Shown: positions 9,577 to 20,515 of the stretch, in pieces
How positions within the stretch are numbered: the stretch's first letter is position 1
Layout: each line of letters begins with the position of its first letter
DNA from: Bacteroidia bacterium
Lineage (GTDB): Bacteria > Bacteroidota > Bacteroidia > NS11-12g > UBA9320
Direction: 5' to 3'
Assembly: GCA_965216465.1 (NCBI GenBank)
Contig: CBDCFW010000006.1
Location: 32,001-96,000, forward strand
Length of the DNA: 64,000 bases
Made by a program: the position numbers and the translations under genes
The notes under the pieces: model-generated
The model's database searches: none
What the model saw: the letters and a program-made list of their open reading frames with translations, nothing else
What the model was told of the DNA's origin: nothing

Positions 9577-10506
9577 TTATCTTAAGGTAAATTCTGTTGC
9601 TCCCATTTTGTGCGAATCGCTATAAACGTTTACAACATATCGTCCGGCAGTCATCGCCTCTGTTTTAGGGATGGTGAACGAACCTTTCTCATTTGAATTT
9701 TGGAAATTAACCACTTTTTTGGCGGTGTAATAACGTTCGCCACTATCGTAGTTAAATGTACCTGAACCAGATTCTGAATGCGTTAAAGTACTTTTGTTAG
9801 GAGTTACAACTTGGAAGTACAACGTTTTTTCTCCCTTTGTAGCCAAATCGTTGTTTCCAAGCGTGTATGAAATCTCTAGCTTGTCCATACGATTTAACTT
9901 ATCTGTTGTCTTGTATTCTCCAAAAACAGCACCACGAAGTGGTTTTGCTTCGAAAGCTTTCATAAATATTCTTGAACCTATTTTTACCTGCTCATCACGC
10001 TCAGAAATCACCCCTTCCATTTCGGCTACTTTTTCACGCTCAGCTTCTACCTGTTTCTGCATTACGTAATTTTCATCTTTAAGGTATTGATTCTCTTTCG
10101 ACAATCTTTCAATTTCCGCAGTTAGCTCGTCTTTCTCCTTCTTAAGATCTTTAATCTCAGCTCGAGCTCTGTCGCGTTCCGCTTTTGTAATGTTTCCACT
10201 TTTTAGCAGCGATTGAATTCGAACTAATTTTTCTTGAATTTCAGTATCTCTAACAGAAATTATACTGTCTAAGCTTGCGTTTTTACCTCTAAATTCTTCC
10301 AAATCAGCCTCTAATTCCAATTTCAAAGCCTCAACCTCTTTTAACTCAGCCTCAGTACTTTGAAGTTCAGTTGTAGTGGTTTTTAGCTCATTGTTTTTGG
10401 TTACTAACTTGTATATCAATCCTAAATTAATTAGGAAAAGAAGGAAGATCATGATAAACAGATACATCCTACTTTTTTTGTCCTTGTTTCCCTCGTTTAA
10501 TGCCAT
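9577..10506 (-). CDS. Single-TM protein with a long coiled coil and C-terminal beta-rich domain
   Basis: N-terminal TM, ~130 aa heptad-rich region, beta-rich C-terminus (GRYVVNVY). Start placed at ATG 10506, downstream of a TAAATTTG box at 10552-10559. Confidence 0.7.
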   Translation of the reverse strand: MALNEGNKDKKSRMYLFIMIFLLFLINLGLIYKLVTKNNELKTTTTELQSTEAELKEVEALKLELEADLEEFRGKNASLDSIISVRDTEIQEKLVRIQSLLKSGNITKAERDRARAEIKDLKKEKDELTAEIERLSKENQYLKDENYVMQKQVEAEREKVAEMEGVISERDEQVKIGSRIFMKAFEAKPLRGAVFGEYKTTDKLNRMDKLEISYTLGNNDLATKGEKTLYFQVVTPNKSTLTHSESGSGTFNYDSGERYYTAKKVVNFQNSNEKGSFTIPKTEAMTAGRYVVNVYSDSHKMGATEFTLR

Positions 10507-10583
10507 AATGAATTGTTTAAACTTAAAACGTTTTTTAGTTTGGTTATTATACAAATTTACTCAAATCGTTCACAATTAATAAA

Positions 10584-12860
10584 TTAAGCATTTTGCTGCT
10601 TAATCAAATTAAGTGCACTACCGGCTTTGAACCAGTCGATTTGTGCTTGGTTGTATGTGTGGTTTACTGCAATAGTATCGGTTGATCCATCTTGGTGGTT
10701 CATTACAATTTGCAACGGTTGTCCTGGTGTAAAGTTCTCTAAACCAATGATATCAAAAGTATCGTTTTCTTGCACCTTGTCGTAGTCATCAGGATTTTGG
10801 AATGTTAATCCCAACATACCTTGTTTTTTCAAATTGGTTTCGTGAATACGAGCGAAAGACTTCACTACAACTGCACGTACTGCCAAATGACGAGGCTCCA
10901 TTGCGGCGTGCTCTCTACTACTTCCTTCACCATAATTCTCTTCACCAAATACAATTGAGAAATCACCAGAAGCTTTTACCGCTCTAGCAACTTTAGGCAC
11001 CCCTTCATATTGATTAGTGTAAGGGTTTAGTACGGTATCGGTTTTATCGTTGAATGCATTTACTGCACCAATCAACAAGTTGTTTGAGATATTATCAAGG
11101 TGACCTCTGTAAGTCAACCATGGTCCGGCCATTGAAATGTGATCTGTGGTACATTTTCCTTTAGCCTTGATTAATAGTTTTAATCCTTTAAGGTCTTTAC
11201 CATCCCAAGGTTGGAAGCCTTCAAGTAATTGTAAACGCTTTGAATCTGGTTTCACAATTACTTCAACACCACTTCCATCTTCAACGGGTGCAACATAACC
11301 GTTGTCTTCAACATCAAATCCTTTTGGCGGCAACTCAAACCCTGTTGGTTCGTCAAGCATAACCTCTTCTCCATTTTCATTTACTAAAGTATCGGTAGCT
11401 GGATTAAAGTCTAATCGACCACTGATCGCAATGGCAGCTACTATTTCTGGAGATGCAACAAATGCGTGTGTATTTGGATTACCGTCTGCACGTTTTGCAA
11501 AGTTTCTATTGAACGAGTGCACGATACTGTTTTTCTCTTGTCGACTTGCTCCTTCTCTATCCCACTGACCAATACATGGACCACAAGCGTTGGTAAAGAT
11601 TGTAGCATCTAAATCTTCAAAGATGCCTAGCAAACCATCTCTATCTGCTGTATAACGAACCGTTTCTGATCCTGGATTAATACCAAATTTAGCTTTAGTC
11701 TTAAGATTTTTGTCTACTGCCTGTTTAGCAATTGAAGCCGCTCTTGAAAGGTCTTCATATGATGAGTTAGTACAAGAACCAATTAGCCCCCATTGTACAT
11801 CTAAAGGCCATCCGTTTTCTTCAGCTTTTTCTCTCATTTCTCCAACTGGTGTGTCTAAATCCGGAGTAAATGGACCGTTTAAGTGAGGTCTAAGCTCAGA
11901 TAAGTTTATTTCGATCACTTGATCAAAGTATTGTTCTGGATTGGCATAAACTTCGTCGTCACCTGTTAAGTGTTCTTTAACACCATTCGCTAAATCAGCA
12001 ACGTCATCTCTTCCAGTTGCTCTTAGGTAACGTTCCATACTCTCATCGTAACCAAATGTTGAAGTAGTAGCTCCTACTTCAGCACCCATATTACAAATTG
12101 TACCTTTACCTGTGCAAGACATTGACTTAGCACCTTCTCCAAAATATTCGATAATCGCTCCGGTTCCACCTTTAACAGATAAAATACCTGCTACTTTAAG
12201 AATTACATCCTTTGGTGCAGTCCAGCCATTAAGTTTTCCAGTAAGTTTAACACCGATTAGTTTAGGGAATTTCAGCTCCCAAGGCATTCCTGCCATAACA
12301 TCTACAGCATCAGCTCCTCCGACTCCAATAGCAACCATTCCCAATCCACCCGCGTTTACCGTGTGAGAATCTGTTCCAATCATCATTCCTCCAGGAAATG
12401 CATAGTTTTCTAAAACTACCTGGTGAATAATTCCTGCTCCTGGTTTCCAGAAACCAATTCCATATTTGTCAGATACCGACGCAAGGAAATTAAAAACCTC
12501 GTTACTCTGATTGATCGCATTCTGCAAATCTGCTTCAGCTCCAATTTTAGCTTGAATCAAGTGATCACAATGAACTGTGGTTGGAACAGCAACTTTCTTT
12601 TTACCAGCTTGCATAAATTGAAGCAAGGCCATTTGTGCTGTTGCATCTTGACAAGCAATTCTATCGGGAGCAAAATCAACATAGTCTTTGCCTCTGGTGA
12701 AGCTTGTACTTGCATTTCCATCCCAAAGGTGGCTATACAAAATCTTTTCAGCCAAGGTTAAAGGTCTTCCTACAACTTCTTTAGCAGCAGATACTTTAGT
12801 TGCAAGGTTGTCGTACGTTCTTTTGATTAAGTCTAAGTCGAAGATATTCTGGTTACTCAT
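10584..12860 (-). CDS. acnA: Aconitate hydratase (mitochondrial-type)
   Basis: [37 protein letters not shown] and GSSREHAA. Confidence 0.95.
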   Translation of the reverse strand: MSNQNIFDLDLIKRTYDNLATKVSAAKEVVGRPLTLAEKILYSHLWDGNASTSFTRGKDYVDFAPDRIACQDATAQMALLQFMQAGKKKVAVPTTVHCDHLIQAKIGAEADLQNAINQSNEVFNFLASVSDKYGIGFWKPGAGIIHQVVLENYAFPGGMMIGTDSHTVNAGGLGMVAIGVGGADAVDVMAGMPWELKFPKLIGVKLTGKLNGWTAPKDVILKVAGILSVKGGTGAIIEYFGEGAKSMSCTGKGTICNMGAEVGATTSTFGYDESMERYLRATGRDDVADLANGVKEHLTGDDEVYANPEQYFDQVIEINLSELRPHLNGPFTPDLDTPVGEMREKAEENGWPLDVQWGLIGSCTNSSYEDLSRAASIAKQAVDKNLKTKAKFGINPGSETVRYTADRDGLLGIFEDLDATIFTNACGPCIGQWDREGASRQEKNSIVHSFNRNFAKRADGNPNTHAFVASPEIVAAIAISGRLDFNPATDTLVNENGEEVMLDEPTGFELPPKGFDVEDNGYVAPVEDGSGVEVIVKPDSKRLQLLEGFQPWDGKDLKGLKLLIKAKGKCTTDHISMAGPWLTYRGHLDNISNNLLIGAVNAFNDKTDTVLNPYTNQYEGVPKVARAVKASGDFSIVFGEENYGEGSSREHAAMEPRHLAVRAVVVKSFARIHETNLKKQGMLGLTFQNPDDYDKVQENDTFDIIGLENFTPGQPLQIVMNHQDGSTDTIAVNHTYNQAQIDWFKAGSALNLIKQQNA

Positions 12861-12868
12861 GAGGTTTG

Positions 12869-12901
12869 CAAAGGTAACCGTTTGACAAAAAAATATTCAA
12901 A
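12869..12901 (-). promoter_or_regulatory. Sigma-A promoter of aconitase (TTTG-N21-TACCTTTG)
   Basis: -7 box at 12869-12876 and -33 TTTG at 12898-12901; only 8 nt from the ATG. Confidence 0.65.
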
Positions 12902-12927
12902 AAAAAAGGGCTTTTTGAAAAGCCCTT
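12899..12927 (-). terminator. Intrinsic terminator
   Basis: AAGGGCTTTT-tg-AAAAGCCCTT inverted repeat with U9 on the minus strand. Confidence 0.75.
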
Positions 12928-13022
12928 ATATCATCAATATTTTTCTACATAGTTTAGCTAAGGAAAGTAGCTAGTCTTAGTTTATCTATATCTTATAATT
13001 TCTTATTTCTGAAGTAGTAAAC
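12899..13022 (-). ncRNA. Candidate AU-rich small RNA (or long 3'UTR of the M43 protease gene)
   Basis: No ORF. Candidate -7 boxes CACATTTG (13028-13035) and TATTTTTG (13083-13090), an internal TAGCTA-N7-TAGCTA stem and a strong terminator. Confidence 0.35.
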
Positions 13023-13177
13023 TGAAGCAAATGTGGTAAATAAAACGGTACGGTTACCCACAAACAATTAAGAAATCGTCCTCAAAAATAAACTCGCCAA
13101 AAAAGCAGGATATAAGATGCTGAAAATCTGACTCTTAGAAGCAACCATGGAAGTGAGAAAAATTCTCACAAGTAGAG

Positions 13178-14491
13178 TTATTCCATTCCAAAGATTACCT
13201 TCCCTTCGGCAATTGGCTCTTCATCGTTCTCAATTATGCGATATACGTGCATGCCTGAAAGTGCAAATTTCCAGTTAATTTGCTGCCAAAATTCTGGGTC
13301 TATATTTTCTGAATACACTGTTTGACCAAGCATATTCATTATTTCTAACTTGTAAGTTGATTCGAAATTAAAACCGTTAATCACAACTGAAATATCAGAA
13401 TGAGCTGGATTTGGATAGATTCCAGTTTCTGTATCCTCCGAAACAGGATATACTACAGGTGGTATATAAGTTTCAAAAATGCCTCTTCTAAACGTGGTTA
13501 GGTTATAACGCATTAATTTGATTTGGTCAGAAGTAAACATATTTTGGCAAAATCCCTGCGAATAATCCATGTAGTTTTCAAGCATATCTGGCAAATCACC
13601 CGCGCCTGTGAAACATGTATTTTTACCCCATGCACATGAAGTCTGCGAACTCGGTGTGCCAGCTAGCGGAGTGTCATCTAAACCATCATCGTAATTTTCA
13701 GAGCAACGATCCCAATTCGGAGCATCTCCCCAAATGTGACGTAAGCCTAAAAAGTGCCCTACTTCGTGAACTGCGGTTTTTACTCCCGTAAATCCTGAGT
13801 TAGGGTTTCCTTCTCCAACTATAGCATAATTTAATACTACCCCTTGGCGTGATGGACCAACGAACGAGCCTCCACCCCAATGTGCAGCTCCTGTAGGAGG
13901 AAATGCAAAACCATAAAGTGCTGGTCCAAGGTTACAAACCCAAACATTCATATACTTATCCGTATCCCAAGCTGGAGTTCCATAAAGCGATTGTTTCACT
14001 CTGTCAGCATTTGACAAAAAGTTACCAGAACCTTGAGTAAAATTGTCGATTGATGTTTGTCTTCTAGTAATTCCTGTTGTGGAATCGCCATTCGGGTCAA
14101 CCTTAGCCAATTCGAACTGTATTCCTGCATCGCCAGCAATCGGTTTAAATATGTCTCGTGTATTGTTAGTATCAGGATTTTGTCTTCTGAAGCACATATT
14201 CAACCATTCCATTTGCGAATGAATTAGCGAGTCATGCAAATTTTGAGTTGGCGTATTGTATACAATGTGAAATACTACGCGAATGGTGTGAACGGTATCC
14301 TGTACTTCAAATTTTGACTTTAGCTTGCTTTGACGAATCGCATCGTAATAAGATTGATCGACAGCAGTCTTGAAGCCAGGAGCAATCTCATTCAAATAAT
14401 TAACGTATTCAACGTGGCCACATGGCTCACTTACCTGACTGAACCCATTAAAAAAGAACAGACTGCTTAGGATTAGTAATGTTTTTCTCAA
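13178..14491 (-). CDS. M43 (pappalysin/ulilysin-like) zinc metalloprotease with T9SS type A CTD
   Basis: Signal peptide, propeptide Cys, HEVGHFLGLRH, NYMDYS Met-turn and IYPNP...NMLGQ CTD. Confidence 0.9.
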   Translation of the reverse strand: MRKTLLILSSLFFFNGFSQVSEPCGHVEYVNYLNEIAPGFKTAVDQSYYDAIRQSKLKSKFEVQDTVHTIRVVFHIVYNTPTQNLHDSLIHSQMEWLNMCFRRQNPDTNNTRDIFKPIAGDAGIQFELAKVDPNGDSTTGITRRQTSIDNFTQGSGNFLSNADRVKQSLYGTPAWDTDKYMNVWVCNLGPALYGFAFPPTGAAHWGGGSFVGPSRQGVVLNYAIVGEGNPNSGFTGVKTAVHEVGHFLGLRHIWGDAPNWDRCSENYDDGLDDTPLAGTPSSQTSCAWGKNTCFTGAGDLPDMLENYMDYSQGFCQNMFTSDQIKLMRYNLTTFRRGIFETYIPPVVYPVSEDTETGIYPNPAHSDISVVINGFNFESTYKLEIMNMLGQTVYSENIDPEFWQQINWKFALSGMHVYRIIENDEEPIAEGKVIFGME

Positions 14492-14556
14492 TTTCTTAAC
14501 TTAGTTCACGAAAGTAACAAATAGCAGCAAACTAAATTGTCATGTTAATTCTAAAA

Positions 14557-15336
14557 TTAACTTCCGGTAAATTCCGGGCTTCTTTTTTCATTGAATGCTG
14601 TTACCCCTTCTTTGTAATCATTCGTATAGCCAGCGATTTCCTGACAGTAGGCTTCGTATTGTAACATTTCGTTCAAATCTGAGGTAGTCGACTTGTTCAA
14701 CATTTTCTTCATCATTCCGATTGCCTTGGTAGGAGCTTTTGCATAGTAATTGGCAACTGATGCCACTGCATCATCCAATTCTTCTGGTGCAACAACCTGA
14801 TTAATCATGCCCCAATCTTTCGCTTGAGCAGCTGACACCTTAGTACCCATAGTTGCAAGCTCAAATGCACGATTGCTACCTACTAATCTTGGTAAGAAAT
14901 AGGAAGAACCTGAGTCTAATACCAGCCCAACATTAATAAAGACTTCAATAAGGCTTGCCTTTTCGGAAGCAACCACAAAATCGCATGCTAAAACTAAAGA
15001 ACATCCTGCTCCCGCAGCGACTCCATTTTGTCTACAGATAATAGGCTTCTCCAGGTTTCGCATCGCTTTAATGATAGGGTTGTATCTTTTATACAGCGAC
15101 TCAGAAAGAATTCTTTTTTCCCCCGCAATGTCTTTCAAATCCTGGCCCGAGCAAAATGCTTTTCCTGCTCCGGTTAAAACCACAACACGGCATTCTTTAT
15201 CTCTTTTCACTGCTTTTAGAGCATCTTGAAGCTCAAAGCTCATCTCATTATCAAAAGCGTTAAAGCGATCTGGTCTGTTCAGCGTAATGGTTGTAATTCC
15301 ATTTTTATTTTCGTATTGAAGTGTATTAAATTCCAT
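14557..15336 (-). CDS. paaG: Enoyl-CoA hydratase/isomerase, PaaG-like
   Basis: LNRPDRFNA, AFCSGQDL, NGVAAGAG and GLVLDSG (Asp as in PaaG). Confidence 0.7.
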   Translation of the reverse strand: MEFNTLQYENKNGITTITLNRPDRFNAFDNEMSFELQDALKAVKRDKECRVVVLTGAGKAFCSGQDLKDIAGEKRILSESLYKRYNPIIKAMRNLEKPIICRQNGVAAGAGCSLVLACDFVVASEKASLIEVFINVGLVLDSGSSYFLPRLVGSNRAFELATMGTKVSAAQAKDWGMINQVVAPEELDDAVASVANYYAKAPTKAIGMMKKMLNKSTTSDLNEMLQYEAYCQEIAGYTNDYKEGVTAFNEKRSPEFTGS

Positions 15337-15338
15337 AT

Positions 15339-15920
15339 TTATGCGATTAGTACGAGCGAAGATGTTATTCCAACTGCCACACCCATTATCAGTTCAAACC
15401 AACTGTGGGCATTTTGCAGTTTCCTGCAAATAAACACCAGAATAAATATCCCAAGCAAGGTGTAGACAACAATATTAAAATCAACAAATCGATACTTATC
15501 CCAGAGCACCAATGCGCTCATTAAAAGATATGCCCATCCACCCGTGTGCCAGCTCGCCTTTAAATGGATAATTGTGAGCAAGAAGAGCATTAAATGCATC
15601 ACCGCAAAGCCTAAAAAAAATGCCACATATTCTTTAAAGATATAGTATGCTACAATACCCAGTACAGCATTTAGAACCGCATAACCTTTAAATATTGACC
15701 TCCGTTCAGGAATACTTGGAGCCTTTAAATCAATCTTTTTTATCTTTTTGAAGTAGAACGTTGGTAAAAAGATGTATGCAAACAATAACCAACATAATCC
15801 AATCACGAGTGGAGTTTGATCATACTTAAGTACCAAAGAATAGTAAACCCAAATGCTAAATAATGGAATAAAAACGGGGTGAGTTAGAAAAGAAAATCCA
15901 AATAATAAGCGCTGCATCAC
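15339..15920 (-). CDS. Membrane protein (PAP2-superfamily-like)
   Basis: About 6 TM; KASWH and R...AH...E motifs; coupled to rpoN by an ATGA overlap. Confidence 0.6.
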   Translation of the reverse strand: MMQRLLFGFSFLTHPVFIPLFSIWVYYSLVLKYDQTPLVIGLCWLLFAYIFLPTFYFKKIKKIDLKAPSIPERRSIFKGYAVLNAVLGIVAYYIFKEYVAFFLGFAVMHLMLFLLTIIHLKASWHTGGWAYLLMSALVLWDKYRFVDFNIVVYTLLGIFILVFICRKLQNAHSWFELIMGVAVGITSSLVLIA

Positions 15921-17371
15921 ATCTCTTTTCTCAATCTTGCCACTGGAATATTAAGTTGTTCTCTGTATTTGGCTACAGTTCTTCGGGCAATCTTGTATCC
16001 TTTTTCTTGTAGTATTTTTTTCAAGGCTTCATCGGTTAATGGTTTTTGCTTGTTCTCTGAATCAACTGCATCTTTAAGAATCTTCTTCACTTCTCGATTC
16101 GAAACCTCTTCCCCACTATCCGTTGTAATACCTTCAGTAAAGAAGTCTTTCAGTAAAAATATGCCAAAGTCAGTTTCAACATATTTGCTGCTTGCCACCC
16201 TTGAAATGGTAGAAATATCCATTCCTATTTCATCTGCAATATCTTTCAAGATCATTGGTTTCAACTCCGTCTCGTCTCCGCTTAAAAAGAATTCTTTTTG
16301 CAGCTCTACAATTTTATTCATGGTAGAAAGCAAGGTATTTTGGCGTTGCTTAACCGAATCGATAAACCATTTTGCACTATCCAGTTTCTGCTTAATGTAC
16401 TGAACCGCCTCTTTTTGAGCTTTGGTTTTTTCTTTGCTCTTATCGTAAGCTTTTAAGGTTTCATTGTACGAAGGACTCACCCGAAGTTCAGGAGCATTTT
16501 TAGAGTTTAAACTCACTTCCAATTGTCCGTAGTTCTCTTTAACAATGAAATCAGGAATGATAAAATCTTTATTGGTTGCCCCTTCAGAACCTGATTGTGC
16601 AGGTTTAGGGTTAAGTTTCGATACGAACTCTAGTGTTTCTTTCAAGTAGTCGTCTGTAACTCCAAACTTCTTCACCAATTTTTGATAGTGCTTTTTGGAA
16701 AAATCTTCCATCGCCTCATCAATAATCTTATAGGCGAGCTTGTAGATCGCATTGTTGCTGCTTTCTTGTCTGCGTTTAATCTGCAGGAGTAAGCACTCTT
16801 TTAAGTCTCTCGCTCCAACACCGGCAGGTTCAAGTTCTTGCAAGATATTCAGCACCCGCTCCAAATCTTCTACCGTGGTTTTTATGTTCTGCGTGAACAA
16901 TAGATCGTTCTTGATTGCGGATAATGGACGTCTCAAATAACCATCATCGTCTAATGTACCAACAATTTGGTCGGCGAGAATTTCATCATCGGCAGATCGC
17001 AAAACGGACGAAACTTGCTCAAGCAAGCGCTCTCTGAATGAAGTATAATATACCGCTGGCATAAACTCCTTCTCTTCGTCATGCCCACTGTATTCACCAC
17101 TGAGGTGCACTCCACCGTCGTCATCTGACATATAATCGCTTACGTCAAATTCATCTTGTTTGCTGTCATAGTCTAAATCATCCCTTTCATCAAATCCTGG
17201 ATCTAAATCTTCCGCCTCTTCTTTGCCGCTTTCAAGGGCTGGATTTTCGAGTAATTCTTCGTCTACTCTTTCTTCAAAATTGAGGGTGTTTAATTGCAGC
17301 AGTTTGATGAACTGTATTTGCTGAGGACTAAGCTTTTGGAGTAGCTTTTGACTTAACTGCTGTTTTATCAT
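15917..17371 (-). CDS. rpoN: RNA polymerase sigma-54 factor
   Basis: Q/L-rich region I, PAGVGARDLKECL, STISRV and RpoN box ARRTVAKYRE. Confidence 0.97.
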   Translation of the reverse strand: MIKQQLSQKLLQKLSPQQIQFIKLLQLNTLNFEERVDEELLENPALESGKEEAEDLDPGFDERDDLDYDSKQDEFDVSDYMSDDDGGVHLSGEYSGHDEEKEFMPAVYYTSFRERLLEQVSSVLRSADDEILADQIVGTLDDDGYLRRPLSAIKNDLLFTQNIKTTVEDLERVLNILQELEPAGVGARDLKECLLLQIKRRQESSNNAIYKLAYKIIDEAMEDFSKKHYQKLVKKFGVTDDYLKETLEFVSKLNPKPAQSGSEGATNKDFIIPDFIVKENYGQLEVSLNSKNAPELRVSPSYNETLKAYDKSKEKTKAQKEAVQYIKQKLDSAKWFIDSVKQRQNTLLSTMNKIVELQKEFFLSGDETELKPMILKDIADEIGMDISTISRVASSKYVETDFGIFLLKDFFTEGITTDSGEEVSNREVKKILKDAVDSENKQKPLTDEALKKILQEKGYKIARRTVAKYREQLNIPVARLRKEM

Positions 17372-17444
17372 AATAGTTTAGAAAAGTATTGGAATGCAAT
17401 TACTTTTGTACCTCAAAATTACGCAGAAAAACGATAGCAGCAAA

Positions 17445-18959
17445 ATGCATACCACAAATTTAAAAGACAATGTTGGCAAGGAAGTAACCCTTAAAGGATG
17501 GGTTGCAAACAAAAGAGAAAGCAAAACTGTGGTTTTTGTTAATTTGAGAGATGGATTTGGCCTATGTCAATGCATTATGGGTCACAATGATATTGGCGAT
17601 GAGCAGTTTGAAGTTGCAAAATCACTTGGACTTGAAAGTTCAATAGCCGTTACCGGTATTGTGGTTGAAGATACTCGCCAAGTTGGAGGCTATGAAATTC
17701 ATGTAAGCTCTTTACATGTTTATCAAAATGCAAGTGATTATCCTATTGCGAAAAAAGAACACGGAGTTGAGTTTTTATTAGATAAGCGTCATCTTTGGTT
17801 ACGAAGTAGAAGACAATGGGCAATTATGCGTGTTAGAAATAACATCATTTATGCAATCCATAACTTCTTTCAGGGTGAAGGCTTTGTACAAATGGATGCA
17901 CCGATTTTTACGGGTAATGCTGCAGAAGGAACCACAGACCTTTTCGAGACCGATTATTTTGGAAAACCAGCTTATCTAACCCAATCTGGCCAGCTTTATG
18001 GTGAAGCAATGGCGTTGGCTATGGGTAAAATCTACACCTTCGGTCCAACATTTAGAGCTGAAAAGTCTAAGACCAGACGACACCTTTCAGAGTTTTGGAT
18101 GATTGAGCCAGAAATTGCATTCTGCGATATCTTTGAAAACATGGACGTAATCGAGAAGTTTTTACGTTCAGTGGTTACCGAAGTTGTTGAAAAAAGCAGT
18201 GAGGAGCTCGCAGTTCTTGAAAGAGATACTGACAAATTATTAACCGTTGCCAAAGAATTTCCACGTTTATCTTACGACGATGCAGTTGAAATCTTAAAAG
18301 GAAATAAAGATGTTGATGGTCAAAATTCCATTACTACATTAGAACAAGATCTTGCAGATGTAACCGCACGAATTGCAGAAGCTCAAGCTGAAATTGACGA
18401 GCGTGAAGCAAATATTGCGGCAGGAGGAATGAAGAAAGGTCAAATCAACTTTAACCAAAACAAAATTGACAGCTTGAAAAACGAAATCAAGCAATTGGAA
18501 GAAGATCAACGTAATATTCCAAACTGGATTAAATCAGCTCGTGATTTCGAATACGGAAATGATTTTGGAGGAAGCGATGAAACGGTTCTTACACGATTAT
18601 TTGACCTTCCAATCATGGTTTACGATTGGCCACATGAAATTAAAGCTTTTTACATGAAGCGTAATCCCGAAGATCCTCGTTTTGCTCGAGGAGTTGACGT
18701 ATTGGCTCCAGAAGGATATGGGGAAATTGTAGGTGGTGGAGAAAGAGAAACCAGTGAAGAATGGTTAAAAGAAAAGATTGAAGAGCACAAGCTTCCGATG
18801 GATGTGTTCGAATGGTATCTTGATTTAAGAAGGTATGGCTCAGTACCCCATAGTGGATTCGGTTTAGGACTTGAGCGATTGGTTGCTTGGATTTGTAAAT
18901 TAGATCACGTTCGTGAAACTATTCCTTTCCCACGCTATTATGGAAGATTGGAGCCGTAA
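17445..18959 (+). CDS. asnS: Asparagine--tRNA ligase with a large helical insertion
   Basis: OB-fold start, RHLWLRS, LTQSGQLY, FRAEKSKTRRHLSEFWMIE and PHSGFGLGLER; -7 box TACTTTTG at 17401-17408. Confidence 0.93.
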   Translation: MHTTNLKDNVGKEVTLKGWVANKRESKTVVFVNLRDGFGLCQCIMGHNDIGDEQFEVAKSLGLESSIAVTGIVVEDTRQVGGYEIHVSSLHVYQNASDYPIAKKEHGVEFLLDKRHLWLRSRRQWAIMRVRNNIIYAIHNFFQGEGFVQMDAPIFTGNAAEGTTDLFETDYFGKPAYLTQSGQLYGEAMALAMGKIYTFGPTFRAEKSKTRRHLSEFWMIEPEIAFCDIFENMDVIEKFLRSVVTEVVEKSSEELAVLERDTDKLLTVAKEFPRLSYDDAVEILKGNKDVDGQNSITTLEQDLADVTARIAEAQAEIDEREANIAAGGMKKGQINFNQNKIDSLKNEIKQLEEDQRNIPNWIKSARDFEYGNDFGGSDETVLTRLFDLPIMVYDWPHEIKAFYMKRNPEDPRFARGVDVLAPEGYGEIVGGGERETSEEWLKEKIEEHKLPMDVFEWYLDLRRYGSVPHSGFGLGLERLVAWICKLDHVRETIPFPRYYGRLEP

Positions 18960-19457
18960 TTATTTTACATACGTGCTAAACTCAAAAGCAAACTCATTGG
19001 TTTCTGTTTGCTCATAAGATTGACTGTTTTGAACAGTCCAAGCAGAGAGATCAACTTCTGGAAAGAAAGTATCAGCATCTTCAAAAGTGCAGTCAACATG
19101 TGAAATGTACATCTTATCAACTTTATCAAGAGCCTGACGATAGATTTCTGCTCCTCCAAGAATAAAGATTTCACCTTTTTGCTCAAGAACATGTGCAAGC
19201 TCAAGAGCTTCATCGAGAGAATGTGCCAAGAAAGCCCCTTTGGGCTGATAGTCTCGATTTCTGGTAATTACAATATTGGTTCTATTGGGAAGTGGTTTAC
19301 CTATAGACTCGAAAGACTTTCTTCCGTGAATCACCACATGTCCGTTTGTTGTTGCCTTAAAGAGTTTGAGGTCATCACGAATGTGCCATAGAAGCTGATT
19401 GTTTTTACCAATTGCCCAGTTTTTAGCTATTGCTACGATAAGCGAAATCTTATTCAC
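18960..19457 (-). CDS. folA: Dihydrofolate reductase
   Basis: AIGKNNQLLW, GRKSFESI, PLPNRTN, GGAEIY and DTFFP. Confidence 0.95.
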   Translation of the reverse strand: MNKISLIVAIAKNWAIGKNNQLLWHIRDDLKLFKATTNGHVVIHGRKSFESIGKPLPNRTNIVITRNRDYQPKGAFLAHSLDEALELAHVLEQKGEIFILGGAEIYRQALDKVDKMYISHVDCTFEDADTFFPEVDLSAWTVQNSQSYEQTETNEFAFEFSTYVK

Positions 19458-19468
19458 AGGTGCAAATT

Positions 19469-19499
19469 AAAAAAGCCCAAGCGAATGCTTGAGCTTTTT
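19469..19499 (-). terminator. Intrinsic terminator of the OMP gene
   Basis: AAAAAGCCCAAGC-gaat-GCTTGAGCTTTTT; the C/A mismatch becomes a G-U pair on the minus strand. Confidence 0.7.
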
Positions 19500-19520
19500 A
19501 TCCAATATTTTGGTGAAGGA

Positions 19521-20336
19521 TTATCCTCCGATTGTTAATTTGATACCGAGGTTAATACCCATGGAACCATATGACGTTTTTGACGCCACTTCCTTCATAG
19601 GCAAACTGTCATCATCGTTGTCGCCATGATTAACAACATCAACATATTCAGTTTTTCTTTCTTGAACTGTCTCATACTCATCTTCTAAAGAATTACCATC
19701 ATCATCCTTATAGGATATGATTTCGCTTGAACCTGATTTTATCATGAGCGAAATTGCCTGAAATTCTCCGAAAAACACAAGGCCATCAGACAACTCCAAG
19801 TTGAAACCAATTGCACCTACACCACCAATGGAAAAAGCACCACTAGTTTCTGTTACTTCTTCAACGCCGTCCAGTTCGGAAGTCATAGTTACAGTGGTCT
19901 TACCTCCAACGGGTAGAACAGCTCCCACTCTACCATACAATCCAGTTTCTCCATTGTGAAACACAACTGAAGGCATAAATCTTATTTGATTTGATTTTGC
20001 CATAACTACAACATTGTCGATTCCTTGAAGTGTCGGAAAATTAAAGTTGGCAACTTCAAGTTCACTGCCAATTCTGTACTCAAAATTAGCATCTACAGAG
20101 ATATTATCTGTTATTCCTAATCCTACTCCAAATGTTATTGGTATAGCTCCACCTGCCGAGTAATTATGAGCTGTTTCAGTCAATTCTCCATTTCCAGATA
20201 ATTCATTCATAATTCCAGCTTCATTTCCGAAAGCCCCTCCATGAAATCCTAGGCCCAAGTTTGCCGTAAGTTGTGCAGAAGCAAACGAAGCAATCCCCAA
20301 TGCCACTGCGGTTAATAGAATGTTTAATTTTTTCAT
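19521..20336 (-). CDS. Outer-membrane beta-barrel protein
   Basis: Signal peptide, alternating beta-strands and a terminal GINLGIKLTIG strand. Confidence 0.75.
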   Translation of the reverse strand: MKKLNILLTAVALGIASFASAQLTANLGLGFHGGAFGNEAGIMNELSGNGELTETAHNYSAGGAIPITFGVGLGITDNISVDANFEYRIGSELEVANFNFPTLQGIDNVVVMAKSNQIRFMPSVVFHNGETGLYGRVGAVLPVGGKTTVTMTSELDGVEEVTETSGAFSIGGVGAIGFNLELSDGLVFFGEFQAISLMIKSGSSEIISYKDDDGNSLEDEYETVQERKTEYVDVVNHGDNDDDSLPMKEVASKTSYGSMGINLGIKLTIGG

Positions 20337-20515
20337 ATTTTGTAAGTTTTTGACGATTAAAAAATCGATAATTCGATTACAATATAGTGAATATCAAGTG
20401 CTTTGAATTTTTCAGTTATCAACATACTTGTAGGGTTAAAGCTCTTACAAATCAAAAAAGAATATGACAACAATGGCTAGGAGACTTCCCAAAGAATAGT
20501 AATATTGCTTAGCGA

